NCBI RefSeq assembly: GCF_006345805.1 | Contig: NC_043002.1 | Coordinates: 61,132,001-61,196,000, forward strand | Source of the DNA: Octopus sinensis | Taxonomy: Eukaryota | Direction of reading: 5' to 3' | Length of the DNA: 64,000 bases | In this document: piece by piece, positions 24,768-37,129 of the stretch | How the letters are laid out: each line of letters opens with the position of its first letter | How positions within the stretch are numbered: the first letter of the stretch is position 1 | The notes under the pieces: model-generated | Told to the model about the DNA's origin: nothing | Seen by the model: only the letters and a program-made list of their open reading frames with translations | Database searches by the model: none | Program-made: the position numbers and the translations under genes

Positions 24768-25038
24768 CAAAAAGAACATACACACACACACACATGTATT
24801 TGTTGGTCCGTTACATATTTTCAGTAAGATTGTTGGTTAAGCTCGAAGTTTTAACTTAAATGTTTTTTAGCAAGCTGGAGCTTCGTGTACCCTCTAATAT
24901 AATTAAGAATATTGAAAAGGTTACAAGGCGCAACGGAGATTTTAGGAAAAATAAATATGTAAATGAGTGGAAACTTTACCGGTGAGTGTGTTAATTAATG
25001 AGGCACTAAAAGAGATTGACTCTCCCCAGACACAACGG

Positions 25039-25088
<50 letters not shown>

Positions 25089-25104
25089 TGTGTGTCTATA
25101 TGTA

Positions 25105-25910
25105 TGTATCTTTGTGTCAGGTCTCCGCTTGGAGCTACTGGTAACATGTAACCCAGTACAACCTGTTATATGGTCGGGTCGTTGGCGACTAAACTGGCAA
25201 CCCCACCAAGATTTCTTGGTGAGGAGGGTGATTTGGACACCCAGCAGGACTAAAAACAAAACCTGTCAAAGGGCAGAGGAACTCTCTCATGAGTCAATGG
25301 CCATCCAAAAACCTACATAAATCCGGAGTGGATCCCCTAAGGCGGTTGGATTGCGCCATGCGTGCCACCTTCCGACAGCTCCTGCGTCCTGGTCTACCCC
25401 CAGCCGTCTTGACTTTGTCTTGCCACTGGATCCGGCGCACCCGGACGAGAGGGTGAGGCTGATCCTGCGCAAGTCACCCTCACTATAATCCAAGTCACGC
25501 GCACGTCATGACATCATGACACCAACATCACAAAGTCCTGTGGCGATGGGGAAACGGCGAAGTAGCAGGTGGGGATACACTGGGAGCTGCAGTCGTGAAC
25601 CCACGCACAGGCGGCTCAGGACATGTGGTCCCCCCTCACTGAACTGAGGTAGCAGTGGAGTCCGGCAGCCTCCTGAGTGACCGAGCAGCCCTCTTCAGGA
25701 TCGCTCTGCTCGGTTCCGCAGCATGAGGACGGGGCTAGAAAAGGTTGCCCTAAACATAACCTGCCTCACCTCACCCTGGTCAGCAAACCGCGGCTGGCGG
25801 GGATCCTTTCCAAGCGGTCGAAACAAACTCACCAGCCACATCCGGTCTCATAGCAGCAATTCCACCAAATGATGTCAATGGTCATCTTCGAACCCGAAGG
25901 ACGAACATCA
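25105..25910 (+). mobile_element. GC-rich, ORF-less RTE-related element (putative 5' UTR joined to an RTE-type 3' tail)
   Basis: Sharp GC-rich island with no long ORF. Ends ggtcatcttcgaacccgaaggacgaaca followed by (TTA)n, which resembles RTE/BovB 3' ends. Confidence 0.55.
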
Positions 25911-25959
25911 TTATTATTATTATTATATGTATGTATTTATATCTATCTATCTATATATA

Positions 25960-26077
25960 ATGTCCACAGACCTGCCTTACCCATGTTGGACTTATCAGTC
26001 ATGAGCGTGCATGCACGCGACGTGGACAGCCTTCCTCATCTTCGTTCGTTCGCGAAGCCATGATGATGATGATGATG

Positions 26078-26080
<3 letters not shown>
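25960..26080 (+). mobile_element. RTE-type 3' tail fragment
   Basis: gtggacagccttcctcatcttcgttcgttcgcgaagcca followed by a (TGA)n tail. Confidence 0.5.
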
Positions 26081-26108
<28 letters not shown>

Positions 26109-26216
26109 GTGTATGTGTGTCTGTATATAGGTGTCAAGCCGAATTATGTTTGTCTGCATCGCTACCTCACTATATATAAAGAGTGATGCTTAGATAGATG
26201 ATGAAATGGTGTGAAA

Positions 26217-26725
26217 TCTATATATATAAAACTGTAGTTGTGTGAGTGTCTGTCCCCTTCGATTTAGATTCCTAACTACTCCCACATTTTGCGGTGCAGT
26301 TTAAGCAAATTCGGGTATCTTATAGTCGTGATTCATATCGAGCCCGTCTGAGTATTAGCGCGCGTCTACGATGAGTCTACGATTTTAAAAATAATTTAAC
26401 ATCATTTTTTATTCCATTTTAATGCATAATTTTTCGTGTGTCGATGGCGGCGGAGTTGGCGTCCATGGTCACACCTGCACCTGTTTGCTTCTCCCCCTTC
26501 TTCCCTCGTGAAGCTGTGGGGAAGGGAGTGTAAGGAAATCAACGTCGTAAAGCATTGTCAAGGAGACCAGCGTTCTTTTAGAACAACGACTTCATGGCTT
26601 GAAGACACCAAAACAGAAATGGCTAAGAAAGTCCGAATTGGCATCTATAAGGGAAGTAACTCTCTAAAAATGCTTATATAGTTATTTCCCTTACAAATCC
26701 GAGCAACGCCGGGTGATACTGCTAG
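26217..26725 (+). mobile_element. Complete non-autonomous Helitron (509 bp)
   Basis: 5' end A|TCtatatatataaaac. 3' hairpin ccgagcaacgccggg followed by CTAG|T (26722-26725). Inserted between A and T with no TSD. Confidence 0.9.
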
Positions 26726-27583
26726 TTTACGATAAAATAGTTCAAGGAAGAATGTCTGATGTCGATACTATTGAACTATGTTCAAAAATGGGAATATATA
26801 AAACAAGAGCAACAGAAATATATAACGATGATGAGATAATTATTTTCTTTTGCCGAAGCGTATTGTCTATCCGGAGATTTCACCATCAAAAGTGCATCAA
26901 GGAGAATCGTTAAAAAATTGCACTTTAGAAGTACACGTGTAGTTCATGGATCTAATTAATAAAAGGACAGCTGTTATTGTTGTTGTTACTATACTTCCGT
27001 CCAAAATCCGGTATGTTCGAAGGGAAATACTCCTAACTAAAAGTTCCGTTCTCGCCCCCGAAGATTTTTCAGATTTATCTAATGTTCATCATTTTACCAC
27101 AAGGCATGATTTGAGAGAAATATATCTGCAATATTTGAGAGAGATATTTCTAGCAAGTCGAATTATCGCACAATTGTTCGTTTATTGACTTACAAACATT
27201 TCCTGTTTGTAGGTCAGTAAGTAAATTTATGATTTCATATATATGGCTTCTAAATTCGGTAAAAGCTTAGTACTTTTACAGATACGCCTTAGCTGATATA
27301 GTAGCACTCAGCGCTTGACTGGTACTTGATTTAATGGACCCAATGACACGAAGGACTAAGTTGACCTCGGCGCGATTTGTTAAAAAAAAAGTTACTAGAT
27401 ACGAGAAAGACTGTCAGTTATTTTCTCAATTGCCCTCTCGGCTCCGCCAATTCACCAAATCAGTAAATGCTATAATAGTTGTTCAACATAAGACCAGCAA
27501 TAATGACAGCAGGGAGTTTAGCCGATTTCATCAACCACAAAACTAATTCTTTTGTTTATTGAGCTTGGAAGAAAAAGTATGTG

Positions 27584-27619
<36 letters not shown>

Positions 27620-27623
<4 letters not shown>

Positions 27624-28145
27624 TGATCTCGGCGGGATTTGATCTCACAACGAAAAGAATTGGAAGAAAAAACGCAAAGAATTTTTCCGGCAGTTTGACG
27701 ATTGTACAAGCTCACTGTCGTACATTAAGGCGGCGAGTTGGCAGAGTGGTTATCACGCTGGACGAAATGTTTTGCGGTATTTCGCCCGTCGCTACGTTCT
27801 GAGTTCAAATTCCGCCGAGGTCGACTTTGCCTTTCATCATTTAGAGGTCGATAAATTAAGTACCAGTTGCGTACTGGGGTTGATGTAATCGACTGGCCCC
27901 TCCCCCAAAAGTTCGCACCTTATGCCTAGAGCATAAAAATTCACTGTCGTATATAGTAGTATGATAATTATGTCTAGTTTCGGATAAATGACAGCAATTT
28001 TGCGGGAATGGGGCAGTTGATTACATCGACCCAATACACAACTGATATTTATCTTATCGGATCCGAAGGAATGAAAGGTGAAGCCGACGTCGGCGGAATT
28101 TGATCTTAGAACGTAATAGGAACTTAGGACATAAATACCGCCAAA
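27620..28145. mobile_element. Three alternating SINE family B copies (27620-27720 -, 27729-27940 +, 27975-28145 -)
   Basis: Family B head and core motifs in alternating orientation. Confidence 0.8.
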
Positions 28146-28914
28146 ATAATTTTGCTTTTTCGACATCACGTAGGAGTATTATGATAAAATGAAAATTTAT
28201 TTTGTGAAGAGATTGTCATTCGGAATTATTACCTTACAGGCAGCATGTCTGATACTCATATAGAAAGCACTATCAGTCATTTTTGTAATTCTGACAAAAA
28301 CACGATCCTAAAGAAACCTGAACACTGAAGCAAAAAAGAAAAAAATAATCAAGGTACGAAATACGAGATATATTTTCTAAACTAGAAATGATTTTATCGC
28401 CTATATATTAATTTTTAGAAAATTTATCGATACGAAGTCTTTTCATTGATTGCTATAACCCACGCTACGAATTTTATATTTCATGGAATTTTATTGATTC
28501 ATGGAGTGATGAATGTCAAGAATTAGGACCAATTAATATGAATTTGCTACTATTTTTGGATTTTTAGCCGGACTGATATAATACTAAGCTGCTACCATAT
28601 ATTTATTATTATTCAAATTCGAAAAAAAGTTCAAAAATATCTTTTGTCCATGACTGTTGAAGAACATTATAATGGGGAAAAAACATGTCAGCTATATTAG
28701 AGACCGTTCTATGTAACACTAAAAATTATAAAGAAAGTATTTCTTTCGCGACTGGTGTCGTTGTAGTCAATGGAAATCGCATTTCTCTCCAACAAGTATC
28801 ATAATCGTTAGAACAATAACACAGTGGTCATATTAAGATAGCGAATTCTAACAATGGTTTACTAAAAAAAAAACTGGCGCCACAACCATCATCACCGCAA
28901 CAACAAATAATAAT

Positions 28915-29116
28915 AGTAATGGTTTGAAATTTTGATACAAGGCCAGTAATTTCGGTGTAGTGTAAATAAAATTCATCAATCCTAGTGTTCAAATGGTACT
29001 TGTGTCATCGACCCCCGAAAGAATGAAAAGCAAAGTCGAACTCTGGAATTTGAACTCAAAACGGATGCCGCTAAGCATTCTGCCCGGCGTGCTAACGAGT
29101 CTTCCAGTTCACCACC

Positions 29117-29117
<1 letters not shown>
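28915..29117 (-). mobile_element. SINE family B copy
   Basis: atcgacccccgaaagaatgaaaagcaaagtcgaactctggaatttgaactc...ttcaccacc. Confidence 0.8.
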
Positions 29118-29169
<52 letters not shown>

Positions 29170-29171
29170 TA

Positions 29172-29212
<41 letters not shown>

Positions 29213-29215
29213 TTA

Positions 29216-29284
<69 letters not shown>
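29118..29284. repeat. (AAT)n directly followed by (ATT)n (palindromic AT-rich microsatellite)
   Basis: Visible directly; the switch point is at about 29168. Confidence 0.95.
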
Positions 29285-29286
<2 letters not shown>

Positions 29287-29292
29287 ATATAA

Positions 29293-30512
29293 GGAATTAG
29301 ATATGTTCTTGAAGGATATTTCTGAGTTAGACCGAAAAGAGAAAGGGTGGCTTAACAGAGAACACAAATACAGGGCACTGAAAAGGAAGTATGCTATTGA
29401 AAGAAAGGCCCTGAAAGTGGTAATGGAGGAACTGAAACAGCGCCTCCTTGCAAAGAAATCAAAGATGGTAAGATACGACCAAAGAATGAAGGGATACCAA
29501 CAGAATAGTTTATTCAGAGTAGATCAGAATAGATTCTACAAAGAAATAAACGGAGAGTGTAGAAATGAAAAGTTGATACCAGATAACATTGAAAGTCAAA
29601 GGTTTTGGAGTGACATCTGGAGCAAAGACAAGGAGCACAAGAAGGTTGTTGAATGGTTGCAAAAACTGAAACAAACAGTAGTTTGTCCAAAACAGGCAGA
29701 ATTAGTAATTTCAGTTACGGAATTGAGGAAATCAGCAAAACAATTGGGTAACTGGAAGGCCTCGAGACCAGATGGAGTTCAAGGCTACTGGATGAAAAGA
29801 TTTGGTTAAAGTCATGCACGAATAGCTGCACAACTCAACACCCTAATAAAATGTACTACCCTTTGTCAGCCCCTGACAATGGGTAGTACAGTACTGTACT
29901 TGAAAAAGATCGAAAAAGGGAATACGTCAGATAATCGCAGGCCGATATCCTGCTTGCCACTTATGTGGAAATTATTGACTGGAATACTCGCAGAGTCAAT
30001 GTACGGACATCTGGAAAAAATGAATTCTTGCCACATGAGTAGAAGTGTTGCAAGCGCAGGTGCAAAGGTACCAAGAATCAACTCCTGGTAGACAACATTG
30101 TACTTAAAGACTGCAAAGGAGGAAAACTAACCTAACCATGTCACGGATCGATTATCGTAGGGCATACGATATTATCTCACACTCTTGGATAATGGAATGT
30201 CTGAACCTACTTGGTATTAAATCGAATGTTGAGCGATTGCTTGGAAAAAGTATGGCGAATTGGAGGACGGACCTGACAGCATACAGAAGAAGTTTAGGGA
30301 CAGTAGAAATCAGAAGAAGCTTCTTCCAATGGGACTACCTGTCCCTTCTGACCTTTGTACTGTGCATGATACCACTAACATTGATACGGAGGAAAGCAAA
30401 AGCTGGGTATGTATTCAAAAGCCGCAAACAAAAAGTCAACCATTTTTTATTCATTGATGACCTCAAACTTTATGGTAAAGATGAAGCCAAAGTCAGTTCC
30501 CTCGATGATACG
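29293..30512 (+). mobile_element. R4/Dong-type (RLE) LINE, internal RT-domain fragment, frameshifted
   Basis: [82 protein letters not shown]. Confidence 0.92.
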
Positions 30513-30640
30513 GTGTATAATTTAATACTATATGACAAGGGGGAAGACGGAACTGACAGCATATGGAGGACGTTTAGAGAATCGTCTGAGAGACCATAAA
30601 TCAGGGAAAAGATGCGCTCGTATATATGTCAGTGGAGGGG

Positions 30641-30780
30641 ATATATATCATTTGAAATGTATAGTATTAAATATCCATCACGGTTGATCTTACCAATCTG
30701 TAAGTTAACCATTGTCTTCTTTACGCGAAACCGATCGATGAGATCAACCGTGATGGATATTTAATACTATACATTTCGAA

Positions 30781-30790
<10 letters not shown>
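30641..30790. repeat. Fold-back: 50-bp inverted arms (49/50 identical) with a 50-bp spacer
   Basis: 30641-30690 is the reverse complement of 30741-30790. Abuts (AT)n. Confidence 0.95.
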
Positions 30791-30836
<46 letters not shown>

Positions 30837-31611
30837 TAGGTATAGGTAGAGATGCCGTTATCATCGCCACAGTATGTATCTGCCAACATAACCTCAGAAA
30901 TTAAAAAATTCTTCCTCGAAGAATTTCGTTCTTGGCTGTTGTTAGTTGCATATATTTCTTTACAATAAATAAATCAGTAAAAATTCTGCCAATGTTTGGT
31001 GTCATCGATCTAGAGAAGGAACATCGTGACATTGTACATAGAGATTGTTTTGTAGTACTACGTATTGAAGAAAGCTTAATTACGGGTAAAATAGATGTCT
31101 GATGATAGCTAGAATCATCAAAGTCAGAGATATATAACTGCTGAAAAGAGTAAAAGAATATGTAGGAAATTTAAAACTAGAAGTAAAATAAAATTGAAAA
31201 TACAAAGAAATAGTGTAGTAGCAAAAATCAATGAAATATTCAGGAACATTCGAAGACGATTGATGAATCTATCTGAGGAAAACAATGGAAAAGACGGCTG
31301 AAGAATATGAGGAATGAAACTATAAGAAATATTTGAACAAAACGAAAAGTTAAAACATACAGATGATGTTTATGGAAAGATAAATAGATTGGCACATACA
31401 TAGTATGAAAAGATAGATTAAGAGACAAATAGGTAGGTAGATACATATCAATTGGTTGATAAATTAATAGGCAGATAGATGGATAAATAGAGAGATAGGC
31501 AGAAACAGGCAAACAGACAGACATATGGATAGATACATAGATAGTTAGATGGATAAATAGATAGATATAGATAGATAGATAGGCAGAAACAGGCAAACAG
31601 ACAGACATATG

Positions 31612-31688
<77 letters not shown>

Positions 31689-31794
31689 GCAGAAACACAG
31701 GCAAAAACACAAATGGATAGATAGATAGTGTAAAGGTTCTGCCTGCTCACCGCCTTCAAAAAGAAAAAAAGAAAACAATAAGATATTGAAGAAG

Positions 31795-31995
31795 ATCATA
31801 AATTTCGGGAGCACTTTCGGAGTAGGGGGTTGATTACATAACCCAGTGTTCAACTGGTACCAAATTGGTCAGGACCAAAGGGATGGCAGGTAAAACCGAC
31901 CTGGGCACAATTTGAACTCAGAACGGAAAGACAGACGAACCACGACAAAAAATTTTGCCCCCAGCACGGTAAGCATTCTGTATGCTAGTCGCCTA
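31795..31995 (-). mobile_element. Old SINE family B copy
   Basis: gattacataacccagtgttcaactggtacc...atttgaactcagaacggaaagacagacgaa. Confidence 0.65.
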
Positions 31996-32817
31996 AAGAA
32001 AAAGAAAAAGAAAATGATACAATATTAGCTCTATGAAGGCACCATTACAGATTGAAGCGTATCATTACTATCTCTAATTGGTAGTGAAAATTGTGGGAGG
32101 AGTTTTGTAACATTTAGTGAAATGTTAAAAATAAAGAACATAAATATCTTTAAACGTAGTCTCTCGTCTGGCAGATAATATACTTATGACTTGTGGCTCT
32201 CAATTGGGGTCCATATAAGAATCTGTGATTAAAGATTATATGTAATAAATTGTTTGTAGCTCTAGAATACACAAAATAATTTCAAAATTGTTGATCGAGT
32301 TCCTAATAATATTTATATATAAAATACTATGGATATTTTAAAACATGGAATGGTTAAGAAGATCCATCCCAATAAAATAGGGAACAAAGGGGACAATGGA
32401 CAAAAAAAGGTTGATTACCACTAGTAAACTCTAAATAGCAAGTATCATTCTGCTTCAACTAAGAACCTGGTGTTTAATTATGTTGTAAGCTTCAAAGCTA
32501 ATCACAAAAACTATTTTGGGACGCGTAATCAAATTTAATTCCATGTTGGTAGGAGAAAGGATTTTACAAGACATCCTAACTTCTACTAACATGAAATAAA
32601 AACATTTTAAGAGAGTATGAAATTGTAAATTTAACAGTAACTACTTAGTCAAGGTTAGCACAAGCGAAGCCGTTCGACTATGAAAATATCTTGTTTCATT
32701 TATGTATACACACACACACATACACAACACACATGAGCGATATAATCTTATATTAGCTCATAAGAATACTGCGACCCTGATGTATATAATATTCTCTTAT
32801 TCTTTAATTGGTTTCAG

Positions 32818-33900
32818 TCATTTTGAGTTCGGCCATGGTGGAATACCACCTTTTGTCTTCGATCTCTTTCTTCTTTTGGGGATAATAACTCCCTCGCTCT
32901 CCTCCTTTGATTCTTTCCTTTCACTTTCCCGGTTGTTTTTGTCTTTCTGGGTACAGACCTTGTCTAATTTTTCTGCATCTGTTTGTACTTTCTCCTGCAT
33001 CTTTTCTTTCTTTTGCTCTTTCTTTTGTTCCTTTTCTACTGTCTCTTCGCTTTGTGTGAATTCATATAAGGTACACTCGTTCCTTATGTGTCCTCGTACT
33101 TCGTATAGATAGCAGTTAGGTCTCCTTCCCTCCACTACAACATTTAGCGTCATTTCGTTCTCGACCTCGATCTGGAAGGGGATTCTCTCGATGTCTTCGA
33201 TTGTGGCGACAAGCCATATTTCAACTCCAAATCCCCACCAGTTCAACGTATTTGTTTCACCAACTGGTCCCAGTTCGAGTTCGTCCTCTGCAGACGCCAG
33301 TACCGCTGCAACCAACCATTCTGCTTTTATTTCTGGTGGCACTCTCGAAATCCTAACTCTGACGCTTCGTCTTCCTCTGTAGGTGGGCAACAATGCAATC
33401 TTTTCCGTTCTTAGAATGGTGGTGGAGTGCGAGGCCGCCTCTTCCTTTATGGCAAACCTCACATCCACCGTATCGAATTTCTACCCTCTGCCAACATAAG
33501 TTGCTTTTTCATAACTTCTCCTAGGCACTCTTCAATTTCTTCCTCTGTTATCCATTCAATTTTCTCTATCTCCACCGCCCGTGTTCTATATACAATCGTT
33601 TCCTCTGTTGACTCTGTCGGAAGGATCAGCTTAATGCTGTCTCCCTCCCTTTTCAAGTACTGTTCACACCTCAGAACCTCTTTCTTATTAATAATAACAT
33701 TTTTTGTAACCAGTGACGCGACACTTTTCGCCGCAGCGACCTTCACGTAGCTCTCCATAGCGGAGGGACTACGTCTCTTCTTTCACCAAAAATCGGAAAA
33801 AAGAACAGCAAAGCAGCACGCGCGAACCTTTTTATCAACAACTTTTTCACAACAATTCACCAAATATTACAACCAATTTCAACAAATCAGGAAATCACAT
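32818..33900 (-). mobile_element. L1/Tx1-clade LINE 5' UTR plus ORF1 (one frameshift near 33460), 3'-truncated
   Basis: ORFs 33758-33459 and 33468-32818 join into an ORF1-like protein. Contains VVVEGRRPNCYLYEVRGHIRNEC (CCHC knuckle with one C to Y) and a charged K/E tail. No ORF2 follows. Confidence 0.75.
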
Positions 33901-34144
33901 ACCGAGGTGAGACTTCTTTAGAAAACCTCGATGCAATATTGCATGGTTTCTTATTAAAGAGGTCATGCTCAGACCAGCCCAAATATCCCAAAATTAAAAA
34001 TAAGTAAATAAGTAAATAAATAAATAAAAATATTTATTATATAAATGGCTGTAAATTCAACCTCGTCAGTTCCAATTCCCTGTAAGGACTAAGTGACTTA
34101 ATTACTTCGACTTTTTATTCTAATACACTTTTAAGAAGCCTGCC

Positions 34145-34199
<55 letters not shown>

Positions 34200-34202
<3 letters not shown>

Positions 34203-34395
34203 CGGAGAAGTACTCGCATAGCAAGTGATTTGATCTGAGACCGTGTGCTGGAACGAAAACAATTGCAGCGAGGAAGGTGTTTGTAAGCCATTTAAGAAAC
34301 ACACAAAAGCCGTACGATTCACTTCAACATTTAAGTTTAATTTGTCAAAATATTTTCGTCGCTAAAATCCGCGACCTGTTCACTGACAAAAATCC
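34200..34395 (-). mobile_element. (AT)n-docked repeat with hammerhead-like topology
   Basis: Minus strand tttgtc-agtgaacag-GTCGC-ggatttta-GCGAC-GAAA-atatttt-gacaaa at 34341-34390. Confidence 0.4.
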
Positions 34396-34436
34396 ATGTT
34401 GCATGTATATATATATATATATATATACACATATAT

Positions 34437-34598
34437 ACATGACAGGCTTCTCTCAGTTTCCGTCTATCAAATACATATACAAGGCTTTGATAAGCCCGAG
34501 GCTATAGTATAACACATACAAGGTGCCACGCAATGGGACTGAACCCAGAACCATGTGGTTGGGAAGGAAGTTTCTTACCACCCATCACACCTGTGCCT
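34437..34598 (-). mobile_element. SINE family A head half
   Basis: caaggtgccacgcaatgggactgaacccagaaccatgtggttgg...cttaccac. Confidence 0.85.
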
Positions 34599-35457
34599 AT
34601 ATTTGTTTATATATATATACATAATTTGTTTTGCATTCCTACACTCACATACAAACAAATACACACACACACACACACACACACGTAGACACACAAACAG
34701 ACACACGCACATATACGTGTATGTATGTATTCATGTGTACGTATATTTACATAGGCATACACACATATATACACATAATTGAGAACAATTCATATATTTT
34801 TTAAACAAATATTTCTAGTTCACTGTATTCGTAAATATATATTCGTGGTTAAACCTCAGGGCAGTCTTTGCATCACAGCATGCGCCATTTTTTTTCCATA
34901 AGTACATTCGCTTGAGGTGTATATTGAGGAATTAAATGTGAGCTTTCTTATTTACATTCTACACACAGAAGCCATCGCAAGTATCATACAGACATGGTTC
35001 GCGCTGTACCAAGTTAGAAAAAAATTCATTACATTTTAAATTAATTTTAATCACATTCTACAAAAATTTCAAATGTAGGTTACTTATTCCAATTAACACT
35101 AAATAGATTAACTGAAAACCATGATGCTGTACGGTATACTAGAGAAAATAACTATAAATAAGTGGTTCTCTAGTGGAAAATCAGATTAAAGCTACCTGGA
35201 CAGCGTTTTCTTCAAGACATTGTCACCGAAAAATTAAGATAGGCCTTTTGAGTGGATTTGGTAGACAGAAACCGAAAGAAGTTTCTATATGTTTTATAGA
35301 CATGGTTGTTTGGTTGAAAATTTCGCCTTATATTCGCTTGGTTTCAGATTCAGAGCTACAGAGTAGCATGTTGAGTAAGTACCATCTGCTTTACTGCCGT
35401 GTCGATCAAAGCGTTGTGAATGCCTTTTGTATGGGAGAGACTGAAAGTAGTCCATCA

Positions 35458-35490
<33 letters not shown>

Positions 35491-35558
35491 CCAAAAGAAA
35501 AGCTCTACCTTGTAACTTGTCCCATCTGTGTGCAGCCCTGTGTGGCCAATAAAGAAAC

Positions 35559-35658
<100 letters not shown>

Positions 35659-35699
35659 ATCTATTTGTCTATCTGTTTATCTGAGTTGCTTTATTAGAA

Positions 35700-35965
35700 T
35701 TATTGCTCCAGTACACAAGTCCTTCGTTTCAATGGCTGCTGTGTATGACTGTGGGTTTCAACTCGTTGACCACCACCACCCGTATCCTCCTGATTCGGCC
35801 CCACCTGGTTATCATATGTTCTTTAGCATGGGAAAATACTTAGTTGAGAACGCGTATTTTAGGGGCTGATGATATTATATGGGCTGTTGACATTTTTGAC
35901 CGATGGGATCAGAGCACTGCAACACCGATTTAAGAAGTGCGCAGATTGTACTGAAAAATATTCCT
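35700..35965 (+). mobile_element. Mariner transposase C-terminal remnant
   Basis: APVHKS...CGFQLVDHHHPYPPDSAPPGYHMF (degenerate HPPYSPDLAP.DY motif)...DGIRALQHRFKKC. Confidence 0.85.
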
Positions 35966-36279
35966 CATATGGTCATATATACATACACATATTCACACAC
36001 ATACATACACACACACACAAACGCACACACACACACATGCACACACACACACACTCATACATATATATAAATAATATAGGGCAAGCAGCTAGTTGTCATC
36101 TCAAGCCGGAGCAAGCTTCAGCCCCGACATTTAAGACTCTGAGTTTTATTATGACAACTAACTGATTGTCCTATATTATATTGATAGTTAACTTATTCTA
36201 TTTACATAATATCGAGCTCTAATTCATTCTTTTGTTGTCATATTATCATTAATATATATATATGTATATACATTGATAT

Positions 36280-36338
<59 letters not shown>

Positions 36339-36536
36339 TATTATTATTATTATTATAATAGGGAATATGATTTCAAACTTAGAGGAGGTATTAGTATTAC
36401 TAAATTCAATTTAGTAATACTAACTCAAATTTCACAATATATGATATATGTATATAAATTAGAGAAGAACCATGTAGCAATTCAAGAATATAATTAAATT
36501 ATACCATATACAAAAATGTATATTATATTATATATG

Positions 36537-36616
<80 letters not shown>

Positions 36617-36820
36617 AGACAATTTTTTTCATGTTTGTTGCACACACGCATTTTTACTAGTACATACGCAGTGATGCTATACATTAGCGTCGTATTTATT
36701 ACGTTCGCTATTTTCCAGTAAATTTCGGTACTTCGTTGTGCCATTTATTTACTTTTATGTATAATTACCCTCACGGGCTATCCTTTACTGGAAAGCAATA
36801 CTCTCGTATTGCATTACTAT

Positions 36821-36863
<43 letters not shown>

Positions 36864-37129
36864 TGATTGATTGATTGATTCCAGTTCCACTATGAGCTGT
36901 GGCCATGCTGGGGCACCGCCATATATATATATATATATATATATAATGGATAATAAAACGAATGGCTTATACCTATTAACTTACTGGTAAAGCCAGTAAC
37001 CTACCAGGTATATTCGATCTTCCGTTTTTCATTTGCCATACACACATACACACACACAGACACACACACATACACACACACAGACACACACACATACACA
37101 CACACACAATATATATTCCGCTCACAACA

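Noticed and set aside
31062-31091. 30-nt candidate microexon (ttttgtag|tactacg...tacgg|gtaaaa); similar candidates near 28240-28332 and 42560-42628
   Set aside because: Such AG/GT-bounded fragments are expected by chance in 64 kb, and there is no supporting homology.
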